Source of the DNA: an uncultured Planctomycetota bacterium
GTDB lineage: Bacteria; Planctomycetota; Planctomycetia; Isosphaerales; Isosphaeraceae
Direction: 5' to 3'
DNA length: 64,000 bases
Assembly: GCA_963845755.1 (NCBI GenBank)
Contig: CAWJTV010000038.1
Coordinates: 163,210-227,209, forward strand
Under the pieces are notes generated by a model, which saw nothing but the letters and a program-made list of their open reading frames with translations, was not told the origin of the DNA and made no database searches. The translations under genes were made by a program, and so were the position numbers. Of this stretch, positions 10,235 through 21,808 are shown piece by piece (the first letter of the stretch is position 1; each line of letters starts with the position of its first letter).

Positions 10235-13200
10235 ATGACGCTGGGCAACTGGTCGGTGACGGTCGGGAACCCATGGTGGCTGCTCCTGATCCCGATGATC
10301 GTTCCCCCGCTGATCTGGATGAGCTATCGCAGCCTGGCGGGGCTGGGCCCGGTCCGCCGGGCGCTGGCGATCCTGTTCCGCACCGCCGTGATCACGCTGA
10401 TCGTGCTGGCCCTGGCCGAGGTCCAGTCGGTCCGGCGCACCGACCGGCTGACGACGATGTTCCTGATCGATGCTTCCAACAGCATGCCGAAAGAGCAGCA
10501 GAAGGCCGCGCTCAATTACGCGACCGAGGCGTCGAAGAAGCGGCGGCGGGACGATCTGGCCGGCGTGGTGGTCTTCGGCCGCGAGCCGCGCGTCGAGGTG
10601 CCACCGGCGCCGAGCGAGCTCAACCTCCTGGGGATCGAGACCACGATCGACGCGGAGAACACCGACCTGGGCGCCGCGCTCAAGCTGGGCCTGGCGGCCT
10701 TCCCTGAGGACACGGCGCGGCGGATCGTGGTCATCTCCGACGGCAACGAGAACCGCGGCAACCTGCTGGAACAGGCCCTTATCGCCAAGCAGCTCGGCGT
10801 GCAGGTCAACGTCCTGCCGATCGAATACTTCTACGACCGCGAGGTCCTGGTCGAGAAGGTCATGATCCCCCCCGATGTGAAGAAGGGGGAGAAGGTCAAC
10901 ATCAATGTCGTGATCCGCGCCAGCGAGCCAACCCGCGGCACGCTCCAGATCTTCCAGAAGTCGGACAATGCCACGGCGCCCGCGGTCGGCAGCGAGCAAC
11001 CGACGCCGATCGAGCTCCAGCGCGGGGTGAATGTCCAAACGCTCCAGCAGCTCATCACCGAGCCGAACTTCTACACGTTCACCGCCCAGTTCAATCCCGA
11101 GCGGGGGAGCGGAGACAGCCGGGCGATCAACAACGTGGCCCAGGGGTTCACCCACGCGCGGGGCAAGGCCCAGGTCCTGATGATCGAGGGGACCCACGGC
11201 GAGCACGCCGAGCTGGTCACGGCCCTGCGCGAGAAGGAGATCGAGGTCAAGCTCCTGACGGCCCCCCGGATCGACGGCTCGGGCGGCGTCGGCGGGGACC
11301 CGCTGCCGATCGACCTGGCCCAGCTCCAGCCCTATGACGCGGTGATCCTGGCGAACGTCCCCAAGGAAGCGTTCACCGAGAGCCAGCACCAGCTCCTGGC
11401 GTCCAACTGCCATGACATGGGCGCCGGGCTGGTCATGATCGGCGGGCCGGACAGCTTCGGGGCCGGTGGCTGGATGAATACTCCGGTCGAGAAGGCCCTG
11501 CCGGTCAACATGCAGATCAAGGCCCTCAAGGTCCAGGGCATCGGCGCGATGGTCCTGGTCATGCACGCCAGCGAGATCCCCGAGGGGAACTACTGGCAGA
11601 AGGTCGTCGCCAAAGAGGCGATCAAGTCGCTCTCGAGCTACGACTTCGCCGGGATGTTGCACTGGGAAGGCCAGGAGGCCTGGCTGTTCACCTTGCGTTC
11701 GATCGGGACCGGCCGGGGCACCATGCTCCGCGCCATCGACCGCATGACCCCCGGCGACATGCCCGATTTCGACCCGTCGCTCCAGATGGCGATGAAGGGG
11801 CTCAACAGCGTCAAGGACGCCATGAGCAAACACATCGTCATCATCAGCGACGGCGACCCGACCCCGCCGAGCTCCCGCGTGATCGGTCAACTCGCGGCCA
11901 GCAAGGTCACCGTGACCACCGTGCTGACGGCCGCCCACGGCAACGATCCCAGCGCCATCAGCATCATGCGGAACCTTGCGGTGCGAACCAAAGGCCGGTT
12001 TTACAACGTCACCAACCCGAGGGCCTTGCCACGGATCTATCAGAAGGAGGCGAGGTCGATCTCGCGACCTCTGATCTTCGAGCAGTCGCCCCCGTGGATG
12101 CCCAAGGTGAACTACCCGATCACCGAGCCGATCATGGGCCTGCCCGAGCCACTGCCGGGGATCACCGGGCTGGTCCTGACCTCGCCCAAGGAGAACGAGC
12201 TGGTCGAGATCCCGATCGTCTCGCCGTTGCCGGCCGGCCAGGTCAACCCAGTGCTGGCCCACTGGACCTACGGCCTGGGCCGCTCGGTCGCCTTCACCAG
12301 CGACGCCGGTCGGCGGTGGGCCAAGTCCTGGCCTGACTGGCAACACTTCGCCGCCTTCTGGTCCCAGGTCATTCGCTGGTCGATGCGACCGGCCGACCGG
12401 GGCAATCTCACCTTGAACGTCCGCCGCGAGGAAGGGCGGATCAAGGTCGTGGTCAACGCCCTGGACAAGAACAATCAGTTCCTCAACTTCCTGCGGATCC
12501 AGGGGAACGTGGTCAACCCCGACCTGAATTCGGCCTCGATCGAGCTGGTCCAGTCGGCGCCGGGACGTTATGAGGCGACCATCGAGAACGCCGACACCAG
12601 CGGCAACTACTTTGTCAACCTCGGCTATCGAGGGGCGGATAACGTCCAGGGGGTGATCTCCTCCGGGGTGTCGGTCCCGTACTCCGACGAATACCGCGAG
12701 CTGCGGAGCAACCCCACCACGCTCGAGACCCTGGCCACGCTCACCGACGGCCAGTCCGTGACCTGGAAGGCCCTGCCCGACGGCCGGGTCGACCTGCCGC
12801 ATACCGTCGCTTCGGCCGACCACTTCCGTCGCGATCCAAACCTGATCATCCCAAGCTCGTTCGCGGCCCTGTGGCCGACCTTGCTCTGGCTGGCGGCCTT
12901 CCTGTTCCTCGGCGACGTCGCCGTCCGTCGCATTGCCATCGATGTGGACCACATCAAGGAGGCCGCGCTCAACGAGTGGCGGAAGCTCCGCGGCCAGGAT
13001 ACGGCGACCGCCAGCGACTACATGGAGAAGCTCAGGAGCCGCAAGGCCGAGGTCGACGAACAGCTCGACCGCTCCCGCGGCACGACCGCAACCCGCGCGG
13101 AGGTCGCCCCGGATCTGTTCCCGACCGAGCCTGCAACCGGGCCCCTTGGCGAGCCGATCCTGGAGGCCGGCGAGATGCAGCAGCCGCGGGCCCGGTCCGC

Positions 13201-13338
13201 CGAGCGGCGCAGACCCCGGGCATGGCCACCGGTCCCAAGGAGCCCGATAAGCAGAGCTACACCAACCGCTTGCTCAAGGCCAAGCAGCGCGTCTGGGAAG
13301 AGCGGGAGAAAGAGAAAGACAACGAGAAGAAACCGTGA
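10235..13338 (+). CDS. Membrane VWA-domain protein with glutamine amidotransferase-like domain (frameshift near 13210)
   Basis: N-terminal TMs, IDASNSM MIDAS, IVVISDGNEN, GLVMIGGPDSFGAGGW, second IIISDGD, WTYGLGRSVAFTSD, C-terminal TM; end read from ORF 12871-13338 (YTNRLLKAKQRVW). Confidence 0.85.
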
Positions 13339-13357
13339 CGCGGTTGCGTCGCGAGTG

Positions 13358-13440
13358 GATTCGAGATTCGAGATCCCCGACGATAAGGAATGCGGAGTAT
13401 TGAATCGTGAATCAGGAATCTTGAATCTCGAATCCCGATT
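13358..13440. repeat. Heptamer tandem repeats in inverted arrangement (GATTCGA / TCGAATC-like)
   Basis: gattcgagattcgagatccc ... gaatcgtgaatcaggaatcttgaatctcgaatccc. Confidence 0.65.
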
Positions 13441-13518
13441 CGGCTCACCCTGGTCAACGTTCGCGTATCCACCGATTTCCCTGAAATGAAATGAATCGAA
13501 ACGAAAGGATCATCGTCG

Positions 13519-14544
13519 ATGGCCGTTTCCTCCGCTGAAGCCGAATCGATGGAAGCCCGCGCCGAGGAGTTCCGCACGGCGTACGAACGCGTGAAGGCCG
13601 AGATCGGCAAGGTCATCGTCGGCCACGACGAGATCGTCCACGGCGTCTTGACCTGCCTGTTCATCGGCGGTCATGCGCTGCTGGAGGGCGTGCCCGGCCT
13701 GGGCAAGACGCTGCTCGTGCGGACGCTCGCCGATGCGGTCGACCTGGACTTCAACCGCATCCAGTTCACACCCGACCTGATGCCCGCCGACATCATCGGC
13801 ACCAACATCGTCATGGAGCTGCCCGATGGCCGGCGCGTCTTCGAGTTCCAGCCCGGCCCGGTCTTCTCCCAGATCGTCCTGGCCGATGAGATCAATCGCG
13901 CCACGCCCAAGACCCAGTCGGCGCTCCTGGAGGCCATGCAGGAGCACTCGGTCACGGTCGGCGGCCACGTTCACAAGCTCAAAGAACCGTTCTTCGTGAT
14001 GGCGACCCAGAATCCGATCGAGCAGGAGGGGACATATCCCTTGCCCGAAGCCCAGCTCGACCGGTTCCTGCTCAAGCTGATCGTCGGCTACTCGACGCGC
14101 GACGAGCTGAGCACGATCCTCGACCGCACGACTCGAGGCGAGCGGCCCAAGGCCGAGAAGGTGATGGACGGTCCGACCCTCCTGGAATTCCAGGCCCTGG
14201 TCCGCGACGTCATCGTCGCACCCCACGTGCAGGACTACGCCATCCGCCTGGCGCTGGCCACGCACCCCAAGGGGCCCTTCGCCGCCGACGCCACGAACCA
14301 GTACATCCGGTGGGGGAGCAGCCCCCGCGGCGTTCAGACCCTGGTCCTCGCCGCCAAGGTCCGTTCCTTGCTCGACGGCCGTTATAACATCAGCTTCGAA
14401 GACCTCCGCCGCGTCTATCTCCCCAGCCTGCGGCATCGCGTCCTCCTCAACTTCGAGGCCCAGGCCGAGGGGATCGACCCCGACGACGTCCTGCTCAAAG
14501 TGTTGGATTCCGTCCCCGAGAAGGCCGAGACCAAGGCGGCCTAG
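13519..14544 (+). CDS. moxR: MoxR family AAA+ ATPase
   Basis: LLEGVPGLGKT, RIQFTPDLMPADIIG, LADEINRATPKTQSALLEAM, ATQNPIEQEGTYPLPEAQLDRF. Confidence 0.96.
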   Translation: MAVSSAEAESMEARAEEFRTAYERVKAEIGKVIVGHDEIVHGVLTCLFIGGHALLEGVPGLGKTLLVRTLADAVDLDFNRIQFTPDLMPADIIGTNIVMELPDGRRVFEFQPGPVFSQIVLADEINRATPKTQSALLEAMQEHSVTVGGHVHKLKEPFFVMATQNPIEQEGTYPLPEAQLDRFLLKLIVGYSTRDELSTILDRTTRGERPKAEKVMDGPTLLEFQALVRDVIVAPHVQDYAIRLALATHPKGPFAADATNQYIRWGSSPRGVQTLVLAAKVRSLLDGRYNISFEDLRRVYLPSLRHRVLLNFEAQAEGIDPDDVLLKVLDSVPEKAETKAA

Positions 14545-14562
14545 CGACCGGTCGGGGCCTTC

Positions 14563-14621
14563 GCAGGGTGGGTTTCAGCCACCAAGAACTGCACGATTCT
14601 GATGGGTTTCACCCACGCTAC
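14563..14621. repeat. REP-like inverted repeat
   Basis: gcagggtgggtttcagccacc ... gatgggtttcacccacgctac. Confidence 0.6.
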
Positions 14622-14665
14622 CAAGGCCCGACACCGTTCTCGGATAGGTTCCTGAGGACCAGCCC

Positions 14666-15031
14666 ATGCACGACATCTACGATCCTCCGCCGGCGCTCGA
14701 ACAGGAGTGGACTCCACCGAAGGGCGAGCCCCTGATCTTCACGACCGGCGACTTGATGTGCCTGGTCGGGTTGTGCGGTGTCTTGTTTGCGGCGGCGGTG
14801 CTGGCGTGGCGTTCGGAGCCCGAGCTGGCCATCGCCACGGCAGCGGCCGGGGCGCTGGTGATCCTGGAGAGCTGGCTCACCGCGTTGAACTACCTGCATC
14901 GTTGCCGGCCATTGAGTCTCAAAGCACGCTGGACGATCTTCATGGCCGCGTTGGTGCCCTGGCTGGTGGGGCTGGGCATCGCGGTGACCGTGATGTTGTC
15001 GCTGTTCTGGGTGTCGGACCTCCTCAGTTGA
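14666..15031 (+). CDS. Small three-TM hypothetical membrane protein in the MoxR operon
   Basis: GAGGA RBS, three hydrophobic segments, 121 aa. Confidence 0.75.
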   Translation: MHDIYDPPPALEQEWTPPKGEPLIFTTGDLMCLVGLCGVLFAAAVLAWRSEPELAIATAAAGALVILESWLTALNYLHRCRPLSLKARWTIFMAALVPWLVGLGIAVTVMLSLFWVSDLLS

Positions 15032-15050
15032 AGGGAAGCGAGTTTCGAGC

Positions 15051-15947
15051 ATGACCGCGACCACGACCGAGACGCCGCTGCTGGAGCCGGAGTTCCTCCA
15101 CAAGCTGGAACAGCTCGAGCTGGTCAGTCGGAAGATCTTCGTCGGCCGGATGAAAGGCGAGCGGAAGAGCAAGCGGCGAGGTTCGTCGGTGGAGTTCGCC
15201 GAGCATCGCAATTACACCTACGGCGACGACCTACGACACATCGATTGGAACGTCTACGGCCGGCTCGATAAGCTGTTCTTGAAACTGTTCCTTGAGGAGG
15301 AAGACCTGCACGTCTACACGCTGCTGGATACCAGCCTGTCGATGGACTTCGGCGAGCCGACGAAGCTCCGCTACGGCAAGCAGGTGGCTGCGGCACTGGC
15401 ATTCATCGGGCTGGTGAATCACGACCGAGTCCTGGTCGACACCTTCAGCGCCCAGCTCGAACAGGGGCTACACGGCATTCGGGGGCGGTCACAGATGTGG
15501 CGCGTCGTCCAGTACCTCGAGCATTTGCAGCCTTCGGGCACGAGCAACCTGACCGCCTCGGCCCGCGAGTTCGCCATTCGGCACGCCGGCAAGGGGGTCG
15601 TTGTGGTGATCTCCGACTTCATGGACAAGCAGGGCTACCAGGAGGCGCTCCGCTACCTGCTGGCCCGGAACATGGATATCTACGTCGTCCAGGTCCTCAG
15701 CCAGGAAGAGGTTACGCCCGAGCTGGTGGGTGATCTCCGGCTCGTCGATGTCGAGGATGGCGAGGCCGCCGAGATCACCATCAGCGCCCCCCTGCTGAAA
15801 CGCTACAAGGATACCCTGAACGCCTTCGTCGGCGGCCTGAAAGATTGGTGCACCAGTCGTGGCATCACTTACATCTTCACGACCAATCAGTTCCCGTTCG
15901 ACAAGCTGATCCTCAACTACCTGCGACAAAGGGGGCTGGTGAAGTGA
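15051..15947 (+). CDS. DUF58 domain protein
   Basis: GSSVEFAEHRNYTYGDDLRHIDWN, LDTSLSMDFG, VVVISDF. Confidence 0.94.
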   Translation: MTATTTETPLLEPEFLHKLEQLELVSRKIFVGRMKGERKSKRRGSSVEFAEHRNYTYGDDLRHIDWNVYGRLDKLFLKLFLEEEDLHVYTLLDTSLSMDFGEPTKLRYGKQVAAALAFIGLVNHDRVLVDTFSAQLEQGLHGIRGRSQMWRVVQYLEHLQPSGTSNLTASAREFAIRHAGKGVVVVISDFMDKQGYQEALRYLLARNMDIYVVQVLSQEEVTPELVGDLRLVDVEDGEAAEITISAPLLKRYKDTLNAFVGGLKDWCTSRGITYIFTTNQFPFDKLILNYLRQRGLVK

Positions 15948-15993
15948 GTGGCGGGATCGATCGGTGCTCACAGTGCACCCTACGAGGGCTTCC

Positions 15994-16131
15994 ATGAATC
16001 GTTGGTCGATTACCAGTGCGTGGGTCTTCTTCGGCATTGGCGGCGCCCTGGTGGCGTACTTGCTTTACATGATGGTGCGACGTCGCAAAGGGGAACGGGC
16101 GGGCGTGGCGAATCAGGAGCCGGAGTTGTAA
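15994..16131 (+). CDS. 45-aa single-pass membrane microprotein (not in ORF track)
   Basis: My translation: MNRWSITSAWVFFGIGGALVAYLLYMMVRRRKGERAGVANQEPEL*; GAGGG just upstream; TM followed by basic cluster. Confidence 0.55.
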   Translation: MNRWSITSAWVFFGIGGALVAYLLYMMVRRRKGERAGVANQEPEL

Positions 16132-16149
16132 GAGTGAAAGGCTGCAGGA

Positions 16150-18270
16150 ATGGGTAGCTTCTGGTCTCGGCTGAGTTCGATGAGCATGCCGCTGGAGCTG
16201 AATACGCCCCTGGGCCTGGCGGCATGGTCGGCGCTGGCGGGGGTGCCGGTCGGGATCATCGCGCTGTATTTCCTCAAGCTGAGGCGTCGGCCGGTGCGGG
16301 TTCCGAGCACGCTCCTGTGGCGCCGGAGCCTGGAGGACCTTCACGTCAACAGCCTGTTCCAGCGCCTGCGACGCAACCTGCTCCTGTTCCTCCAGCTCCT
16401 GGCGGTGGCGCTGGCGATGCTAGCCCTGGCCGGCCCGCAGATGAAGGGCACGGGCGCGACCGGGCAGCGGTTCGTCCTGATGATCGACAACTCGGCGAGC
16501 ATGTCGTCGACTGACGTCAAATCGAGCCGCCTGGGCCAGGCCAAGGAGGAGGCGAAGAAGGTCGTTAGCAGTATGGATGCCGACGACCTGGCGATGGTGA
16601 TCTCGTTCGCCGGCTCGGCGCGGGTCGAGTCGAATTACACGGGCGACCGGCGGATGCTGGCCATGCGCATCGACGCGATCCAGCCAACCCAGTCGAAGAC
16701 GTCGCTCCGCGAGGGGCTTCAGGTCGCGGCGGGGCTGGCCAATCCTTCGAAGCAGATCGGCGAGGGTATCGTGGCGTCCTCGGTCGTGACGCCGAAGCTG
16801 TTCATCTACACCGACGGCGGCTTCGGCGACGTCGAAGGGTTCAGCCTGGGCAACCTCGAGCCGGAGGTCGTCGTGATCGGCCCGCCGCCACCGCCCTATT
16901 CGCCGCCCGCCGAGGGGAGCAGCGGCGCCGATGAGAAGGCGAAGGTCCGGAACCCCTCCGACAACGTGGCCGTCGTGGCACTCCAGGCCCGCCGCGACGA
17001 GGACAAGCCCGAAATCTACCAGCTCTTCGGCCGGGTCCATAACTTCCGGGCCGAGGAGGTGGACACCGAGGCGCAGCTCTACCGGCACGCCGTTGACAAG
17101 CCGGGGGACGCCGGGGAACTGGTCGACGCCATCGAGATGAAGCTCGCGCCCAGGCGGACCAGTCGTTCAAATTCGACCTGTCCGATCCCGGGCTGGCTCC
17201 GTATGAAGTTCGCCTTACGGTCAAGGATGCGCTCGAAGTGGACAACCGGGCGTTCACGATCGTCGGCACCACGCGCAAGGCGCAGGTACTGGTCATCACG
17301 CCCGGTAACCGATACCTCGTGGACACTCTGAAGACCCCTTCGGCCATCGAGCACGCGGACATCACCATCGTCACGCCCGAGGAGGCCAAGGGCGAGGCGA
17401 TGGTGCGCGACCTCAAGGGCGGCCGATACGACCTGGTCATCTACGACGGTGTGAAGCCCGATGCGCCGCCCGAGGCCAACACGCTGTTTTTCGGCCAGTT
17501 CCCGCCCGGCGCGGCTTATGCCAAGCCGAAAGATGTCCAGGGGCCGGTCGTCCTCGATGTCAACATCGCCCACCCGATGATGCAATACATCCGGGACATG
17601 CCGCTGATTGCCATTGGCTCGGCCCGGATCGTCGAGCTGCCCGCCGGGGCCAAGAGCCTGATCGACAGCAACGTCGGGTCGCTGGCGTTCGTGGCCCCCC
17701 GCGAAGGGTTCACCGACGCGGTCGTCACGTTCCCGCTCATGGAGGGGACGATGCCGAATACCACCTGGTTCCGGTACATCAGCTTCCCGCTGTTCATCAT
17801 CAACAGCATCCAGTCTCTCGGTAACGTCCGGGAGGGAGCCGGGGAAGAGGTGGCCGAGCCCGGCAACCCGGTCGCCCTCCACGCCGAGACCATCAACCGC
17901 GAGATCACGGTCACCTCGGCGGATCGCCCCGCGGAACGCATCCCGCGCTCGCCGCAGGGGACTTTTGTCTACAACCACGCCGAGAAGTCCGGCCTGTATC
18001 TCGCACGCTGGGAGCCCGAGGGCCGGCTGCCGTTCGCCGTCAACCTCTTCGACTTCCGCGAGAGCGACCTGGCCCCGCCGCGGATTGGTCCCCTACGGGG
18101 CCCCCGAGAGCACGGCCGAATCGTACAAGATCAAGATCGGCTATAACCCCGTCACCGGCACCCAGAAGCCCCCCAAGGTCCAGAAGGACATCTGGTGGTG
18201 GTTCGCACTCCTGGTCCTCGGCGTGCTGCTGGTCGAGTGGTATGTTTACAATCGACGGGTTTATATTTGA
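16150..18270 (+). CDS. BatA/VWA domain membrane protein (two frameshifts)
   Basis: LYFLKLRRRPVRVPSTLLW (BatA), IDNSASM MIDAS, YTDGGF; continues through ORFs 17238-18146 and 17965-18270, ending LLVEWYVYNRRVYI. Confidence 0.85.
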
Positions 18271-18392
18271 TTGAAACGGCATTGGTGCACTCATTGGATT
18301 GGCTCATATCCAGGGGCTGACGCCCCTGGCTACGTCCTTCCGCCCCCATTCGGGGGCTCTCCGCCAGGGACTTATGGAGCAGACGCTCAGCC

Positions 18393-19623
18393 CTACACCC
18401 AATCCCGTTCCACGACTTCACGTTTCCTGCCGTGAGTCGTCTGGCCCTCGGCCCCTCGGGAGTCGGTTGCGGCTCGGGCATTCTTCAGCACGAACCGCGT
18501 GACCTCCGGCGTGCAACCGTAGCGTGCCGGATGCCTACCCGCGATGCCCTCGCTGACGTACATGAGGGTCTTGTCCTGCCGGAAGAAACCGCGGTCGAAG
18601 CGGCGAGAGTAGAGACTCGGCATGAAGATGGCACCGACGAACGGCAGCCGGATCTGCCCACCGTGGTTGTGGCCGGCGAGCATCAGGTTGATGCCCCAGC
18701 GCGCGGCGCGGTAGAACCGGTCGGGCGTATGACTCAGCAGGATGCGAAATTCAGACGGCGGGATCGCTCGCGGGTCGACGTCGGGTCCCCAGGGTGCCGC
18801 GGTCCCGCCCAGGGCGATGGTTGCACCATCCACGTCGATGGTCGTCCATTGCCCTTCCAGGGTCTCGAAGCCGGCACGGTTCAGCTCGGCGACGATCGCT
18901 CGCGGCTGATGCCGCTCGTCGTGGTTGCCGAGGATGGCGTACTTGCCCAGCCGGGCCTCCAGCGGTGCGAGCAAGGGTTCGACCCAGCCGATCGTCTCGT
19001 GGTCCTCGACCACGTCGCCGGTCAGGACGATCAGGTCGGCCTCCCAGTCCTGGCAGGCGGCGATCACCCGCTCGAAGTAAGCAGCGGCGGAAGCATGGGG
19101 CCAGATGCAGGTCGCTGATCTGCACGATTCGCAGGCCGGCCAGCCGCTCGAGGAGATCGGGGAACGCCACCTCCCACTCGCGAAGACACAACCGGAACGA
19201 TTCATTGCCCGGGAGCCGCAACAGCCATGAGCGCCGACCGTCACCGATCAGGTCGTCCCGTTCGCCTGGACCAGCAAGCACGCGGAACTCGGCGGCGTGT
19301 TCCACGCCCTGGGGCCGCCGCCGCAAGTTCAGGACCAGGGAGGCGACGGGCCAGCCCACCGTGCCACTGATCGTGCACAACACGGCGTAGGCCCGGATTG
19401 GCCACGGCCAGGTCCACCAGGGGGATTGGAGGTGCGCCCAGAGCAGCAAGACCGAGGTCGCCCCGAACGCCGCGAACAGAGCGGTCCGGATCCGGTCCAT
19501 CACCATTTCGGAAAGTCCCAGGCCGCTGAGGATGTTGATCGTCAGGACCAGGTGACAGAGATGGCCCAATCCCGCGGGCACCACCAGCGCGACGACGGCC
19601 TCCCATGGCCAGTCAGGACTCAT
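18393..19623 (-). CDS. Membrane-anchored metallophosphoesterase (YkuE-like), frameshift near 19085
   Basis: QISDLH, LTGDVV, ILGNHD, LLSHTPD, AGHNHGGQIRLP motifs; N-terminal TMs. Confidence 0.88.
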
Positions 19624-19642
19624 GATCGGAGTTCTCGATGGG

Positions 19643-21526
19643 TCAAGGGGTGTTGTCCGTGAGATCGCGGCCGTCCCCGGGGTTTGTCGGCGGGGTTGTA
19701 GGTCGCAAACTCGGTGGCGGCCCGAGGGCCGAGGTCCCGTCCGGAGGGCCGGGCGCGTTGCGCAGGGCTTGCTCGACGGCGTCCATCAGGCGATCGGCTC
19801 GGAAGGGTTTGTAGAGCACCGTTTGCAGCCCTTCCTGGCGCGCCTTGACGATCGAGTGGGAAGGGTCCCAGCCAAAGCCGGTCATCAGGATGATCGGTAC
19901 GTTCGGCTGGGCTTCCCGGAGCCGTTTGAAGGCCTCATACCCGTCGAGATCGGGCAGCCGGATGTCCACCAATGCGGTGGAATACGGCGTCTGCCGCATC
20001 AGCGCGATCGCCTCATTCGCATCGCGGGCCGTCTCCACGCTGGCTCCCACATTCCCGAGCAACTGATGGGCCGAGCGGCGAATCGCATCGTCGGCGTTGA
20101 CTACGAGGATCCGCGTCCCCGACAGCCGGGGCGCGGTGCCCGACGGGCTTTGCTTGGGCTGCGGCGCGATCGTCGAGCCGGCTTTGTGGATCAGGCTGCG
20201 GATCTCGCGGGCCCGGTACAGCAGATGACGCAGTCGGGCGATGATGTCCTCGTCGTGGCCGGCATAGCGGTCCAGGACCGTCGTCGCATCGGTGATGATG
20301 TCGTCCAGCGGGATCGCCAGCTCCCGGTTGATCGCCTCGACCGACGCGCTGGCCGTGCTGACCTTCTCCGCCTCGAGCAGCTCCAGGGTATTGAGCGCCG
20401 CGGCGATGTTCCGCCCGTAGATCTCGATGAACTGTCGGTCGCGGTCGTCGAACGCCTCCGGTTGCGGGCTCTCGACGTTCAACGTGCCGATGACCGTGCC
20501 GTGGATGATCAGGGGGACCGTCAGCGAGCTGCGCGACCCCGCCGCCCCCTCCAGGTAGAGTGGGTCTCGCGTCGTGTCGGGGCAGACATAGCTCTTTCCC
20601 GTCGCGGCCACGAAGCCGGTGACCCCGTTGCCTTCCTTGCGTGCGAACAGCTCGCGATTGGCGGCCAGAGGGGTCATCCCCTCGGTCAATAGCGGAATCA
20701 GCCGGTTGCTCGGCCGCTCCAGCAGGCGGATCTCGATGAAGTCCAGGCCCAGCAAGTCCTTCATGTGCCGGGCGATGTTGTACTTCAACAGGTCCGTTCG
20801 CTCCTCGACCCCCATCTCGGCGAGCTCTTCGGGGGTCAGGTCGGCCAGCTCATCGCCCGCCTTGTGGATCGCATTGACCTTGAGCTGCTGTTGCGTCTCG
20901 TCGGTCGTCTCGCGCGTCAGGGCGATCAGGTGTGTCAGTGCATTCGAGCCGTCGAAGACCGGCGTCACGGTGACCCGAAGGTACCGGTTCCCCTCGATCT
21001 TCATCGCGGTGCCCGCCGGCGCCTTCGAGGCCACCGCGGTCGTGAACGGGCACGGGTCCGGCCCAAGGATCTCCGGCTGACCCAACGCCTGATAGAACGG
21101 CGAACCCACCGGAGGCGCCGACGAATGGGTCAGCGAGTAGAACTCCGGATTGGCCCAGATGATCCTCAGATCGGGGTCCACCACCGCCACGCCGTCGGAG
21201 ATCGCGTCGAGGATCTCCTCGGCCTGGATCATCATCCCAACCCATCGCACTGCCGAGAGTTGCGACGCGTCTACGTGGACCGCGGCGAACTTCTGGTCTC
21301 GCAGCAGCGACAGCGCCTTGGAAATCGTGCGGACCACCACCAGGTCGAACGACGTGGCGAGGAAGTCAAACGCGGATTTCCCGTGCGCGTTGTCGCGGTC
21401 GATCACCAACAGCCGAGGCTTTCCAGCCACACCGGTCACCCCCACATCAGGATGATCCTCGCCCCGTCCCCATTCCATCCCAGCGCACTCGCAATTGTCC
21501 GGCAGCTTGCTTGCGCAACCGAGCAC
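19643..21526 (-). CDS. PAS-GAF-receiver signalling protein
   Basis: PAS (ILDAISDGVAVVD..IIWAN), GAF (GVTGFVAATGKS..SSLTVPL..GTLNVES), C-terminal REC (ALVDIRLPDLDG, ILMTGFG, LYKPF); start uncertain. Confidence 0.85.
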   Translation of the reverse strand: MLGCASKLPDNCECAGMEWGRGEDHPDVGVTGVAGKPRLLVIDRDNAHGKSAFDFLATSFDLVVVRTISKALSLLRDQKFAAVHVDASQLSAVRWVGMMIQAEEILDAISDGVAVVDPDLRIIWANPEFYSLTHSSAPPVGSPFYQALGQPEILGPDPCPFTTAVASKAPAGTAMKIEGNRYLRVTVTPVFDGSNALTHLIALTRETTDETQQQLKVNAIHKAGDELADLTPEELAEMGVEERTDLLKYNIARHMKDLLGLDFIEIRLLERPSNRLIPLLTEGMTPLAANRELFARKEGNGVTGFVAATGKSYVCPDTTRDPLYLEGAAGSRSSLTVPLIIHGTVIGTLNVESPQPEAFDDRDRQFIEIYGRNIAAALNTLELLEAEKVSTASASVEAINRELAIPLDDIITDATTVLDRYAGHDEDIIARLRHLLYRAREIRSLIHKAGSTIAPQPKQSPSGTAPRLSGTRILVVNADDAIRRSAHQLLGNVGASVETARDANEAIALMRQTPYSTALVDIRLPDLDGYEAFKRLREAQPNVPIILMTGFGWDPSHSIVKARQEGLQTVLYKPFRADRLMDAVEQALRNAPGPPDGTSALGPPPSLRPTTPPTNPGDGRDLTDNTP

Positions 21527-21739
21527 GGTTCAAATAGTTATCGTAGTCCACGCGGCCCGGCGCGGCAAGACGCCTTGAAGTTATTGTCATTAGCTAAATT
21601 GCCAAAACTCGGATATTTCCACAATATAAGGATTTTGCGTGGTCTCGATGATTCCGGAACAAGCCGTGTTCTACGCTCAAGGCGAGAAGTTGGCCTGATG
21701 AGGTCGCTTCTGTAGGCGGATCGCTTGACAACCGGGTTC

Positions 21740-21808
21740 CTGGTCATTAGTCATGGGTCATGGGTCCTCCGTTGACAAAAGGCCAAGGACCAATGACTAA
21801 GGACCAGT
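21740..21808. repeat. Heptamer tandem repeats in inverted arrangement (GTCATTA/GTCATGG vs CCAATGA/CCAAGGA)
   Basis: ggtcattagtcatgggtcatgggtc ... ggccaaggaccaatgactaaggacca. Confidence 0.6.

Noticed and set aside
10085..12952. 955-aa minus-strand ORF and other long antisense ORFs (e.g. 33032-34915, 38348-40039, 49796-51409, 59103-60416)
   Set aside because: Shadow ORFs opposite well-supported genes in high-GC DNA, with no recognisable motifs.
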